This document shows, piece by piece, positions 12,972 to 27,879 of a stretch of 64,000 nucleotides of DNA. This stretch comes from the human T2T-CHM13v2.0 reference genome, Homo sapiens. Position 1 is the stretch's first letter; every line of letters starts with the position of its first letter. Below the pieces are notes generated by a model. The model saw only the letters and a list, made by a program, of their open reading frames with translations. It was not told where the DNA came from and did no database searches. Made by a program: the position numbers and the translations under genes. The stretch lies in assembly GCF_009914755.1 (NCBI RefSeq), contig NC_060932.1; one strand, 5' to 3'.

Positions 12972-14424
12972 AAAAACTAGCCATGTAGCCTTAGTCACCT
13001 AATTTTTCTGTGCCTCATTTTTCTTTTCTACAAAATGAGTAGTTGAAAGGAATCTTCAAGATCTTGCCAGCTCTCAAAGAAACCTGATTTGTTCTTTATC
13101 ATATCATTTTGGGGACCTGGCATAGTAAGTGGTATTAATTTATTGTAAAAAAAAGCTTGTATTTATCAAAACAAATGTTTCTAGTAGTGGCGATGACATT
13201 GGCGTATGTTATTCCGTGTAATTAATCTGAAGATAGTTGTTTTAGGAATTTGGTATAATTTTGAATTAATCACCATGAAAATCCTGGGTTTGTTTTAATT
13301 TATTTTTCTGTTTCTAATAAAACATTTGCCTTTATCATGCATCAGGGAACTCAGTACAACAACAGACTTTTATGCAGAATTTGATGATCTATGTTGTTAT
13401 GCTGTATAATGTAGGTGATGTTAATAGTACTTGGGAGTAATTATATTTTGGCCCCTCAGAACACTGCAAAAGGCCTTCTGTTGATGCTCCATAAAGTATT
13501 ACAGCATGAATAAACATTTAAAAATATGTTTTAAAACACATTTTTACTAAGAAATGAAGGATAAATAGTAAGTAATGTGGTCTATTACTGATTTTAAACT
13601 TTCAAAATGCAAATAGGTTCTCCTCATATGTAATATTTTTATTCAAAATACACCCTTCCCAAAGCTACTAGTCATAGCTACATACTTAAATGCGGGAGAG
13701 AAAAAGTGACTTTATCTTACTTCTGTTTTTTTTCTGTGTATTTCCAAAATCATCATTTTCTCATTTTATTTTTTATTTTCTGTTTAATGAGTATTTGGTT
13801 TGGTTACACTGGGTGACTTCGAAGATATGCAAATATGAAAGCTAGACAAAAGTAGAAAACTTAGATGAAGTTCACCTAATAGTAATTTTTATCAAAATAT
13901 ATTCAAAGGAGACTTTATCTGGCAGGATAGGGAATCTATACTCTCTGGGCAGATTACACAGAAAATAAAGAATAATGTTTTGTTAAAGAGTTATAAAACA
14001 ATTTATAGTTTTAACAGATTAAAAAATCAAATTCTAGGTTTTTTGCAAATATATTTAGCAGTGAAGAATACACAGAAATGTTTTTCTTATGGATAAACCC
14101 ATCAAAATCAAGCCATCTTTGATAAAATTTTAACACATATTATTGCTTTCTTTCCAGACTCAAGTATTATAAAGTAAGGGAAATAAAATGATCCCTCCTT
14201 TCTGCAAACCTTCTACACCTTTCTGCAGCCGTTCATTGTTTGTATTTTTCTATCCTCTAGGTTTCACATTCTGGAACAGCCAGATCTCTAAGACAAGATT
14301 CTCTTTTTATTTTGATAAAAATGCATTCCATTTTGTACTTGGTCACCATATTTATATTTCTCTGTCACTATTGTTCTCAGTATAGCCTCAAAATTCGTAT
14401 TAGTGATAACTTTATCAAAGTCAC

Positions 14425-15208
<784 letters not shown>

Positions 15209-15267
15209 CTATGTTGGTGCAAAAGTAATTGCCATTAAAAGCCACAATTAATTTTGCACCAACCTAA
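15209..15267. mobile_element. MADE1 (Hsmar1 MITE), internally deleted
   Basis: Terminal inverted repeats gttggtgcaaaagtaattg / caattaattttgcaccaac with TA target duplication on both sides. Confidence 0.9.
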
Positions 15268-16276
15268 TAGGTAAGTGAGACCTATCTGTCATATATAAGC
15301 ATTTTAGTGGAGTAGCAAATCTCATGAATACATACAACTTTCTGCAGCTGCTCACTCACCTTCTATGCTTTTTTGCAGTAGAAAAACCAAACATGTTTAT
15401 CAATATAACCCACAAGATATAGTGACACAGCATGTAAACATAGAGGCAAATGTATATATACTTTAAAGTATGCTTAATAATCTATGTTTCAAAGAATAGA
15501 CATACTTAATTATCTGAATGTTATTTGTTACTTACTTAACATATATTAGTTCAAGGTTTTAAGTCATCTAGACAACTTAGATATTGTATTCAACCTGATA
15601 CACTAAAATGATTAGTGATGATATAAAAAGATTTTCACAATAATGTTTCAAATTAAATGAAAACAAATTAACATTTTCATAGTCTTAGGTATTTAGGAAT
15701 AACTAATTTTTTCTTGATAAATAATCTATTAAATATTTATAAAGGTCTGATAGACTAGTTTCTTCATGAGACATTAAATCCTAATCTCATAAAAATAAAA
15801 TGTACTCTTGTATTCTATGCTGATAAAAATTTGGGAATGGATACACAGCTGCATTTGTTTGCTTTCTTAAACCCAAATTATTAAACCAAGGATTGTTTAA
15901 CCTTAATTGTGTAAACTTGTATTCTTATACACAATCTTTTTCAGTTGGTTTTTATGAGAAGAATTTTTTTTTCTTAAAAGGCTACCACTTTGAACAATTT
16001 TCAAAGTTTAGCTTTCTTATTTTCTGTGAAGTTTGGAAAACATTGTCTCTACAGATCAATAAGAATAGTTCCTTAAATTTAAGGTACATCATAATCTAAC
16101 TTATTAAATATTTTAGAAGTAGAAAAATATTTAATTCTCAATAATAGGAGTTAGATGTCTTTCTGAATTATAGACATACCTACATAGAGCTTACAGTTGT
16201 AACCAAACCTAAAAACAAAAATTCACTGTCCAGATCACAAAGAGTTGCTCTCTTCCATGGTGGGCACAAAATTCTT

Positions 16277-16581
<305 letters not shown>

Positions 16582-16661
16582 ACACAATTCTTAATTCATC
16601 TGAGCTCATAAATAGGCAAACAGGCAGAGGACCAACAGGTTGGATTTTTATGTAGTTTCTC

Positions 16662-16799
16662 TTTTCTTTTTTTTTCTTTTTCGATGGGGGAGTCTCCCTT
16701 TGTTGTCCAGGCTGGTCTCGAACTCCTGGGCTCAGGCAAGCCTCCCACTTCGGCCTTCCAAAGTCCTGGGATTACAGGCATGAGCCACCGCACCTGGCC
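16662..16799 (-). mobile_element. FLAM/Alu left monomer
   Basis: Antisense monomer with T-rich tail; TSD ttatgt(a/t)gtttctc. Confidence 0.88.
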
Positions 16800-17164
16800 T
16801 TATGTTGTTTCTCATCTAACAGAGAAGAGATCTACATCATTGATCCAACAGAAATCACCAAATGGCCAAACCATAAAACCAAATTCCCAATCATTACTGC
16901 CATCAAATAGTGAATAATTTATTACCGTGGGTGATCAAGAAAAAAACAAAACCACAGAATTAATAGAAAGTGAAGGGAAGGCCTAGAAAGACAGCAAATT
17001 TAAACCTCTTTGACCACCTGGAAGGAGCCAAATGAAACCAAACCAAACCAGTTATTGGGCTTAAACAGGTCACTGCTCAAGCCAAGCATTTTATTTGGCT
17101 CAAGTGAGTTCCCTTCATAATCTTGGTGAAACAAAATTGGTGTATTTCTTAGCCAACTGACTTT

Positions 17165-18045
17165 TTAAAAACTTTTTATTGTGGAATATTTCAAACATAT
17201 ATTAACTAGAAAGGACAGTATAATAAAATCCATGAGCCCATCACTGAGCTTTAGTAACTGTCATTCATGCCAGTTTTCCTTCATCTAAACCCACATCCAC
17301 CTTCTCCTTCCCTCTGGATTATTTTGAAGCAGGTCTCACACATAATACTTCACTTTTCCTTTTATACCTCAGTGTGAATCTACAAAAAGAACTCTTAAAA
17401 ACACCATGACTGAATCCCACATCTGTCCCAATAATTTACCATAATCCCTTCATACAATTATCCAGACAGACTTCAAATGTCATGAATTGGCCTATAACTA
17501 TAGTCTATGGGTTATTTGAATCAGAATTTAAACAAGTTCTACCTATTGCGTTTGGTTGATTAATCTCTTAAGTTTCATTGAATCTGTAAATTCACCTTGT
17601 ATTTTGTTTTTAAAAATCTTACCTTTTATTTGTTGAAGAAACTGGGTCATTGATTCCTTAAAATGTCTCATATTCTGGATTTTGCTGATTGTGTCACCAG
17701 ACTTTTGTTTAATATAGTTCTCAGTCCCCTGTATTTTCCATAAACTAGTTGTTATATCCAGATATTTAATTAGATTCAGTTTTGATTTATTGGCAAGAAT
17801 TCTTCATAAGGGGAGTCGTGTACTTTTGTTGAGCGGATGTACTATCTGTCTCTTTTTTTGTGATGCTAAAATTTATCGATGGGTTTGGGTGTTGTCAGCC
17901 TCAATCTTTTATTATCAAGCTCCCATTAAGCTTTTTAATGATTTTAGGCTGATCATCAATGACCAGACCAATTATTTTATTAGGAATTCCAAAGTGGTGA
18001 TATTCTATCATACCTTTATGATTGACCAGCTGGAATGCTTCTATT
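17165..18045 (-). mobile_element. Old L1MC-like 3' region
   Basis: tttttattgtggaatatttcaaacatat..cccatcactgagcttt..ttattttgaagcaggtctcacacat..tttgttgaagaaactgggtcattg. Confidence 0.7.
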
Positions 18046-19088
18046 AAAAAAAAGTTTAAAAAAAAACAAACAAGATGAAATAATCTAAGTGTGCTTTAAG
18101 AGAATAAATCTGAATTGATAGGAAGAATGAGTAGGAAGGTGAGACACTGGGCATAAAGATATAATTCAGGATTCCTACAAACCATGTCTGTGAGGGAATT
18201 AATGACCTGAACGAGGTAATAATGAGCAGGAGAAACTGGCAGAAAATAGGGCTCCAGAACTGGAGGAGGCAATGATATGCCTGACCCATCAGAAGGCGAT
18301 CATAGAACCTGGTATCTGTGAAAATGTGGATGCCACTAACAGTAACAGCGAGGACTAGTGGTTTGGAGAAGGTGAGAGACGATGGATATTATTTTGTCTG
18401 TTGTCATCTCTTTGTTAAAGGAGGCATTCTCTCCCTGCTGCATTTTCTATTGCTTTGGAGAGCCTGATTTTTAAGAGCTTTACAGTGATTTCTGTCAATT
18501 CCCTCAGGGACCTCCTTCATGATCTAATGTTTCTCACCATCTGGAAGTGGAAAGATTTTCCCAACATCTAACCAGAATTTTTATCCCCTACTTTTGCCTC
18601 TCTGAGCTGCAAACACAATCATTTCAAGGGTTTATGGCTAGGCATTTCCATTTTTTTAAGTTTGAGGAACCGCCGTGATGACTCAGCTAATTTGGAATTC
18701 AGAAGGTTGCCTCTGAGGATCTTTTAAATACATAAACAAAGGCATTTTATTCCATTCCATTGCCCCTACTTAACCTTTTTCTCTACCCCTCTAAAAGATT
18801 CTTCTCCCTCCTGTGCTCTTCAATTACAGAGCTGTCACTTCCAAGCCTGGCCTCCTGCTTAAGTAACCTATGTGGACAGTATTTAGTTCTGTGGGTCTTT
18901 GCCCATAAATCACTCTCCTACTTTCTAATCATTTATGTTACTGTTCTTCCAACTCCTTTGAGTTGATCCATATTATTCTGGCATCAATGTGCCCAGGCTT
19001 GTATTCAGGATTCCAGAGCAAACTTACCAAAGACACCTAAAAAGAGATTTTTCTCTTTTTTTCTCTATTTGGTCACCATTGCCATTGG

Positions 19089-19089
<1 letters not shown>

Positions 19090-19124
<35 letters not shown>
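19090..19124. repeat. Poly(T) tract (35 nt)
   Basis: Uninterrupted T run. Confidence 0.95.
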
Positions 19125-19126
<2 letters not shown>

Positions 19127-20104
19127 ATTGCCTGCCAATCCATTAATTCCTCAATGTTTATCAATGTTCTTCCCTGAGACTAACAAGTCATATTTAACTT
19201 AAGATCATAGCATTGAGAAATGAAATACTTTACTTCTGCTTTATTCTGGTTGTGCTATTGCTCTGTTGAGCCATTAAGTTCAGAGAAATTTCATTCCTGT
19301 TGTATCACAATGTAAATAATAGACCTCTTCCTTAAATACTTTATAGAAATCGATTTTTTAAAGTGGAACTTTTCAAAACTACACTAGAGCTGGATACATA
19401 AAACAATCTTGATGTAGAGACTTTCTTGAAAAGTAAACAAACACTTTTAAATGAACAATTCCCTAACCTGTCAAATTTTCGTGCATTGCATTTTTTTAAT
19501 GTGATGGGTGTCTGGGGGACACTTCTGCTTTCATTTCTAATGTATGCAAAGAAAATGAAAACCCAGAGACAGAGCAGTGTACCAAGTTATGCCAACAAGT
19601 GGAGTTTTTAAGAATAAAGCACAGAGCGTTGGATGGGTTCGTCACTTACTTTCCATGGGCTATGGCTGCTTCTGAGAAAAGTATTAGTCGCATGGTGGAT
19701 GTGGTTAATGTGTTTTTATTTTTGGAGTGGGCACCTGGTCCTCTGCACCTCACCACCAGCTGAGAAAGCCAGTCACTGAGAAAGAAGGTTTTATATTTGG
19801 AGCTGGTAATGGGTGCCAAAGTGGTTGGGGCCTAACATCATGTGTTTCATGACTCTTCAAACCTTGGAGAAGCAATTTGTGTCTCATAATATCTATCTTT
19901 GGGGAGTCTGTAAAATAGACCAAGTGACCTTTGAAAAAAGGCAGTGAATCCCTTCTATCTCAGGCTGTCTAAAAGAAGCCAGACCATTCACAGCAGTTTC
20001 AGATACAGCCCAGCCCAAGGGACATGAAATGCAGGAGTTAGCCCCACCTGGCCTCTTGGATAAAGATGGGACTCTGTGTTCTCTAGTTCCTGTGTGGGAC
20101 AGGC

Positions 20105-20124
20105 AAACATGTTAGAACATGTCA
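20105..20124. promoter_or_regulatory. Candidate p53/p63/p73 response element
   Basis: AAACATGTTA GAACATGTCA: two RRRCWWGYYY half-sites, both CATG-core, zero spacer, one terminal mismatch each. AP-1 TGAGTCA at 20142-20148. Confidence 0.6.
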
Positions 20125-21361
20125 GATCATGGAATAGAAACTGAGTCAAGTTTTCCGCATCCTAGGACTTGTGAAACCACCACAGAGCATCAGGGCTGAT
20201 TTGAAGGCCAACATGCTATTCAGTGCACTAGGTGTTGAAAACCCGTAGCCTTGCTGATGTGTGGTTGAGCCCATTGTAACTGGTATGTTGTTAATATTTT
20301 AGATATCGCCACTGAAAAACCATTCCTTGCAAAGTTCAAAAGGGATGCATTCTTGAAGTTAAAGTAATTCCTGAACTCTTCAGTCTGCTCATTGAAAAAG
20401 ATATTTGAGTATGATTGAATTAGATCTCAGAATTTCCACCTGATAGATTTATATTTAGGTCTCAATTTAGCTAAGCTCTCCAGGTTTAAAGACTGACCCA
20501 GTTAATGAAAAGTAGTTATTTGGTTGATTGAGGGTTCATTTTCCTGCCTGCTATGTGTTAGTGAATTGCAAATATAAAGGACAAGGTTATCTTTAGAAAT
20601 GTGTGCTGGGTGGCTGATTTTTTTTTCTTACTAAATCCAGGGTCTAAACAAGGTCATATCTTGGATAAAGAGCTCCAACAAGTCCCAAGAGTGATACTTC
20701 CCACTCCCCTTTCACCCCCTATTTATAACCCGGTGAATTCTGGTTAAAATGAACATCCCAGGAAGCTGATAAGGAAAAAATAAATTCTGAGCAGTGTATG
20801 TGGAAGAAAAGGTATTGTGTCATGAACAAGCAGCAACAGATAGTCTTAGCTCCATCTTGTAGCTGGGGACCAGAGAGGTAGGGGAAATGCAGGGTATGCA
20901 GTGGAGCCATGCCTCCCATCTATGGCTGTGCATGTCACTTCACATCTCCACCAATTGTACTACAGATGCCAGGGTCATTTCCCAGATTTGCCATTGAAAA
21001 CCCATCCCCAAAGTGTAGCTAAACACCTGTTCTATGGGTAAGAAACCTCTAATAGCCCCAAGTTTCCCTCTCTTGAAATACATTTTCCAACTCAATCACT
21101 AACTGATAATTCTTGATTTTATCTCCTATCCCACTTGTTTTGTCTAATATAACATGCTCTAGAAGGCCAAATCTGAAACTCTCACAGAATCCTCTCTTCC
21201 TTTATTCTCAAAAGCCTAAATGAGTTGAAGAAACAAGATGATCATATGCATAATTCAGATTACACTCTTGCGGTGAGGCTGGGGATGGTGATATGGGATG
21301 CATTGCACAATCCTTAAAAAAAGATTGGATTCGTGATGCAAGTGCTCACTTTGCTTTTCAG

Positions 21362-21465
21362 AGTGCACCTGGATGAAAAGCTCTGTGGTGGAGATGGAAG
21401 GTCATCCAGGACTTGTCATGACCTGCTTAGCAAAAGAGTTTCAAAGTATAGTCTGTCCTCAGCAG
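21362..21465 (+). other. Candidate non-coding exon
   Basis: Branch-like gctcac + ttgcttttcag acceptor, and CAG|GTACCT donor (weak). Motif evidence only. Confidence 0.25.
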
Positions 21466-22704
21466 GTACCTGTGAATAAGGTCCCTTTGAGTCTGAAATG
21501 CCAGAAATTTGTCGAAGCTTGTGACTCATCAGTAACAAACTGTAGAGACAATTAGCTAAATTCATCTAATTTGTTGAAATTCACAGTTAGGATTTTAATT
21601 TGCAAGTCGAGTGGCTACAGCTGTTTGCCTTTCAATGTATGTTAAGCCTTTAGGATATCTTCTCTGTAATAATTTTAACAGCATTGAGTTGAAGCACAAT
21701 CCCCACAACTTCATTGGGCCTAAGTATTCTATGCTCAAAACAGTATTAGTAAAATAATAAAAGATCCAGGCCATCAAAAGGACCATCTAGACAACTGGAG
21801 ATAGTCTGACTTGATCCAAAGTGATCATCTCAGGTCATGTTGTATTAGAATATGGACACTTGGTGAGGTTGCCAGTAAGTGATGCTGTTGCATTAGGACA
21901 CAAGTTGTCCAGGTCATAAAGTGGTGAATTCTCCAAGGTTCAGCCTATGAAATATACTAAGAAGCATCCTTTTTTTGGAAAACACACACTTTTAGTGCTT
22001 GTTTGCCTTTCTCATTAATGTCTATGGAAGTTACATGAAGCAAGAAAATAATCACTGTTTAAGAAAAGAGCCAAAGCAAATTGCTATCTTCTCATTTCAT
22101 TACATATAAGAGGGCAATCCTCTGTGTTAAAGGAAATGAAGTTGTGATTACAGTCACATTTTGAACAACTTTCAAAACTTTGCTTGGAAGGAATCCTTGA
22201 GGTTTTCCTCTCTTTGCAAATTTGTATTACATAGAGAGTTAAGGTTTTCATAGCAGTAACCACAAAAGCATAAGAAAACTTGATTAGTGTTTGTGTATCA
22301 TCTACCTATATTCTTTATTTGTGACAAGGTGATTTTGCATTTGTTTTTTGTTTGTGTTTGAGTGTGTAGATGTATATGCGTATAACGATATAGGTATAAA
22401 AATACCCAGATCACTGTGACAAGAAATTCCCATCCATTGGGAACACATGGATGTGTGTTTCCCATTCATCTCCATGTGTTGTATATGCACGTAAATCAAT
22501 CTGGCCACAAAAACCATCAGGTTTTTAAAAACTAGATACTGGTTGTGCCAAGAGTTAGAAATAGATGAGCACTCTAGGTTTTTCCATAACAAACTTGTGA
22601 TCAGGTAATCTGTAAAGTTAAAACAAGTGTCAGATGAAATTCTGACATAATAGACTATCATTTATTAGTAAACAAGTACGTAATTCATAGAACTGCGTAA
22701 TAAA

Positions 22705-22811
22705 TAGGGTGACTGTCTCCCTTTGCCTAGAACTGTCCCAGTTTTGGCACTAAAATCCCAAGTCCAAGAAACACCCAAGTCTTGAGCAAACCAGGGTCTT
22801 TGGTTATTCTA
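22705..22811. mobile_element. MER81-like hAT-Blackjack MITE
   Basis: tagggtgac..actgtcccagttttggcactaaaa..gcaaaccaggg..tggttattcta, with degenerate terminal inverted repeats. Confidence 0.75.
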
Positions 22812-22842
22812 TATACAATCTTTTCTTTGTTCCCTAACCACT

Positions 22843-22903
22843 CTTCAGGGCACAGATTAGAGGACTGGCACCAGATTACAGCGTTAGACTGCTGAAGAAT
22901 TGA
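22843..22903 (+). repeat. Copy 1 of a local 62-bp direct repeat
   Basis: 56/62 identical to 25596-25657. Confidence 0.9.
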
Positions 22904-23043
22904 CCACTCTGAATGAATGCTTTATATGAAGCCTATGAGAAAATTCTGAAGGAAGATGTTGTCAAGCTTATAGTTGGCATGTTGTGGACACAGCCCTCTG
23001 AACTACCAGCTGGACACAGAGACACTTAGGACTGGAGCCTCAG
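22849..23043 (+). other. Candidate exon (lncRNA-like)
   Basis: Preceded by pyrimidine tract, ctaac branch point and cttcag acceptor; possible donors CAG|GTGCCA (23043) or AGG|GTAAAT (23058). Confidence 0.35.
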
Positions 23044-23252
23044 GTGCCATTATTAAGGGTAAATTTGAAAAATCTGCTAGACTCCTTTTCATGCAAGAAT
23101 GGAGTATCTCTAAAATATTTCAGCTTATCCACAAATCTTGAAAACCACCCATTTCATGCTGGAGAACTCATTTTGGCACCTATTATACAATTAGTATTGA
23201 TTGGCCATTACTTTAACCGAAGAAAGTCCCTTTCTAATACTCACTGTTCTAT

Positions 23253-23730
23253 ATTTTTAATGTAAAATTTTGTTCTCAATAGCTTTTGGGGTACAAGTGG
23301 TTTTTGGTTGCATGGATAAATTGTATAGTGGTGAAGTCTGAGATTTTACTGCACCTGTCGCCTGAATAGTGCATATTGTACTCAATACGCAGATTTTATC
23401 CCTCATTCCCCTCCTACCCTCTCCCTTCTTGAGTCTCCCAAGTACTCACTTACAATAATGGGTGAGGTAACTCAGGAATGAAAAACCCAATACCATATGT
23501 TCTTACTTATAAGTGGGAGATAAGCTATGGTTAGGCAAAGGCATACAGAGTGGCATAATGGATTGCAAAAGACATTATTGCTGCAAAAGACACTATTTCA
23601 TTCTTTTTGATGGCTAAGTGGTATTCCATGATGTATATATACCACATTTTCTTTACTCATTGGCTGTTGGGCAGTTGGTTGTTTTCATATCTTTACAATT
23701 GTGAATTATACTGTGATAAACATACAGGTG
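23253..23730 (-). mobile_element. 5'-truncated L1PB-like element with internal inversion
   Basis: Antisense L1PB 3' UTR (gcttttggggtacaagtggtttttggttgcatgg); sense segment 23462-23563; TSD-like tcactgttctat / tcattgctctat. Confidence 0.85.
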
Positions 23731-24285
23731 TCATTGCTCTATTTTGAAAAGCCTCTACTGTTGATCGCCAGGATAGTTAGTTGTAGCAGCCTCAGGTTTT
23801 CTGATTACACACCTGCTCATCACCACTAGAGTGTGGAGTAAAACTAACCCTATGCATTTATATAACACTGTGTATGATCAAATATTTTAGAGCTGAAATA
23901 CCACATGCTTCAAAAATAAGGAAATCCATAGACTGAGAAACTTGGGACAATATACTCTCTAAGGACAGAAAATCTGAACTATTTGCTAACAAATTTTTCA
24001 CAATGTCCAGGTTGTCTTATAACAATATCAAACTTCAACAGAAAGGAGGTCAAGTCAGTTTCTCTAGAAATAACAAGATTAAAGTAAACTCATGACATTC
24101 TAGCGAAATGTTGATCTACCAGAGTTAAGGTTTTGGGGAATGGGGCTTTGGAGAATGGGGCTTGAATTCTAGTCTTCCTTCTACCTCTTAGCAAGCTCTA
24201 TAATTTCAATAAGTCATTTCACCTTTTTTGAATTTTTGTCTCCTTTGTTGTAAAGAGTGGCTGATCTTCAAAGTCCCTTCTACTC

Positions 24286-24662
<377 letters not shown>

Positions 24663-24905
24663 TAATTCCAGGTATACCAAATTTTTACTTTAAGTTTGAG
24701 AGAGATAATTAGCTTTTCCTGTGTTTTGTTAGCATTAAGTAGAAATTTGGTGAATTTTTACACTGCTAGTTCTTCAACCATTCTCTTTGACTTTGGAAAT
24801 GCTAGATGATTTCTCTGAAGCAGAGAATATAACCATGAACACAGTGGTGCTTTGCAGCATCTTTTAAGTGTCTAAGTCTTTTGATGCTTAACAATAGGGA
24901 GCATA

Positions 24906-25208
<303 letters not shown>

Positions 25209-25595
25209 AATAGGGAGCATATTGTGACCACTGAAGGAGCTTCGTACAAACATTCTGAGTGTGTGTTTACTTCATATTCAAAGACAATGCCCTAAATAGT
25301 CATTCCCTAGGAATGCAGAACTTTCAGCTTTGGCATTAAATTTCTCTAAATGGAATTTGCTGTACAGATAAAGCACAAAACACAGCAAGCTTTGACTGTG
25401 AGGACATTTCCTTTGATAAAACACACTCAAAAAAAGTCAATGAGAATGATATTAATAGTCCCGTGTTTATGTGAGAGCAATGATTTTTATAATGTGAGGT
25501 GAAGATATCCAAACCAATTCTCTAGAATATTTTAGCTGAATTTTCAAACTGGTGTGCTGCCTTAATCTGACATCTAAATCAAGTGATGCTATACA

Positions 25596-25657
25596 CTTCA
25601 GGGCACAAATTAGAGGACTGGCACCAGACTACAGCAGTTAGACTGCCGGAGAATCGA
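25596..25657 (+). repeat. Copy 2 of the local 62-bp direct repeat
   Basis: 56/62 identical to 22843-22903. Confidence 0.9.
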
Positions 25658-26602
25658 TACAGGTCATTTAAGCATCAGGACTGCCTATGTTTCATTTTTG
25701 ACACTGGAGTTTATGCTTATTGAGTGGGGGAGCTTTAACTCTATGGTGGCAATAAACTCATTAGAAAGTGTCAGCTGGGATTATAACACATGTTAAATAA
25801 ATATCACCAGTGCTGACACACAGTCTTCATTACCTCTTTCCTAGGGTATCTGGATATAAAAGGAGACTAAGCAGTTTTAAGTATAGTGGGATTTAAAAAC
25901 AATTTTTCTCTCTCATAGACTTGCCACAAGTGCTTGAATCCCATTATTGGGAAGGAATGCCTATGAGCAAAAGACTTTTCTTTTTTTCTAGGAACTTGTA
26001 ACTAAATGATATGCCAGCTAACACTGTTAAGAGGATTAGCTCAGTGTGGTCTTGTTAGAATGAAACTCTAATTAGGTATCTGGGAATCCTGTGTTAGACA
26101 AACAATCATACTGATAAGTTGTTTTAAGGAAATATGGTCTCTTCAGAATATGTTCTCCAAAATCACATGAATTTTAAAGGCAATAGATTGACATAACCAT
26201 TGGCAAGACTATGATGAATGGAGTCAGATGAAGCAAAATGCTGGGTAGCAGGACCTTGAGAAATGCCCTTTATAAAATGTACTTGTGCTTCTTCTAATCA
26301 ATGGCTCAGCTCTGCCTCCATCTCAAGTTCTCAGTCCCAGACCTTGCTTTCCTGAACTACATCTTTTTGATCCATAAGCAGAACAGGATCACTGCACAGG
26401 AAAGCAGTTGGGGCCAGAGATGAGCTTTGTCTGCCACACTGCCTGCTCTAGTGTTGAGTGTTTACTCAGCAGCTGTGTTCCCGCAGTCAACTGAGAATTC
26501 ATCAAAGCTTTGCTTTCAGCTCTTCTCTGGGTCCAAATGAGTATAACTCCCCCTTCTGAGTAGAAATTCTTTTTAAATGTCATTGGTTAACTTTTAAATA
26601 GT

Positions 26603-26920
<318 letters not shown>

Positions 26921-27016
26921 TAGCTTTAAACTGTGACCCAGATTACCTTATGTGTTGCATCATTACTGGATGGGGGCTCTTCATCTGCCCCTTCCAGCCA
27001 GTTATCCTCTCCTGTC

Positions 27017-27289
27017 TTTTTTTTTTTTTTTTTTTTTTGGAGATGTAGTCTTGCTTTGTTGTCCAGGCTGGAGTGTAGTGACACGATCTCAGCTCACTGC
27101 AACCTCCGTATCCCGGGTTCAAGCAATTCTCCCTGCCTCAGCCTCCTGAGTAGCTGGGATTACAGGCGCCTGCCACCACACCCAGCTAATTTTTTTGTAT
27201 CTGTAGTAGAGACTGGGTTTTGCCATGTTGGCCAGGCTGGTCTCAAACTCCTGACCTCAGGTGATCTGCCCACCTTGGCCTCCCAAAGT
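27017..27289 (-). mobile_element. 5'-truncated Alu (AluS-type)
   Basis: Poly-T + antisense Alu ending cctcccaaag; TSD-like tctcctg(t/c)cttt. Confidence 0.94.
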
Positions 27290-27879
27290 CTCCTGCCTTT
27301 GAACAATGTATTTGCTGTGCATTTTCCAAGAATTGATGTTCATTATATAAAATATATCTCACAACAGATAACAAAAGAATTTTTATAACTATCATTGATC
27401 CTGTAGACGTCTTCATCTAGTTCACGCACGTAATGGGTCATAGAATTCTTGCAGGATCCACAGTTTACGGGCCCACTGTATCATGTATTTCCTAAGACAA
27501 ATTGGAAAGCTGGGTCGTTAGGACCAAGGCAAGTTGTTTAGTCACCCAAATTACTCTCCTGCAACCAACTCATTGTCAAGAACCTAGTAGGTGTGCCCTG
27601 CTGGCCTAGAGAATGCAAATGCTGAGCCCTGGGCTCTCAGCCTGACCACGGAGAAACAAGTTAATGCACTCTTCTGGGAATGGTGCATCTGAAAACTTAC
27701 AAATATTTAACTGTCTCCAATAATGAATTGACCTGGAACAATTCCTTATTCAATAAAAAAAGTGCTGAGTTTTAATGAAAAATAATGAAGCCATCTACTA
27801 AAATGTTAATCCATGCAAAGCACCTGGAAGAGGGCCCGGCACGTAGTAAGTGCCTGTACTTATTCTCCACTTGACCCCT

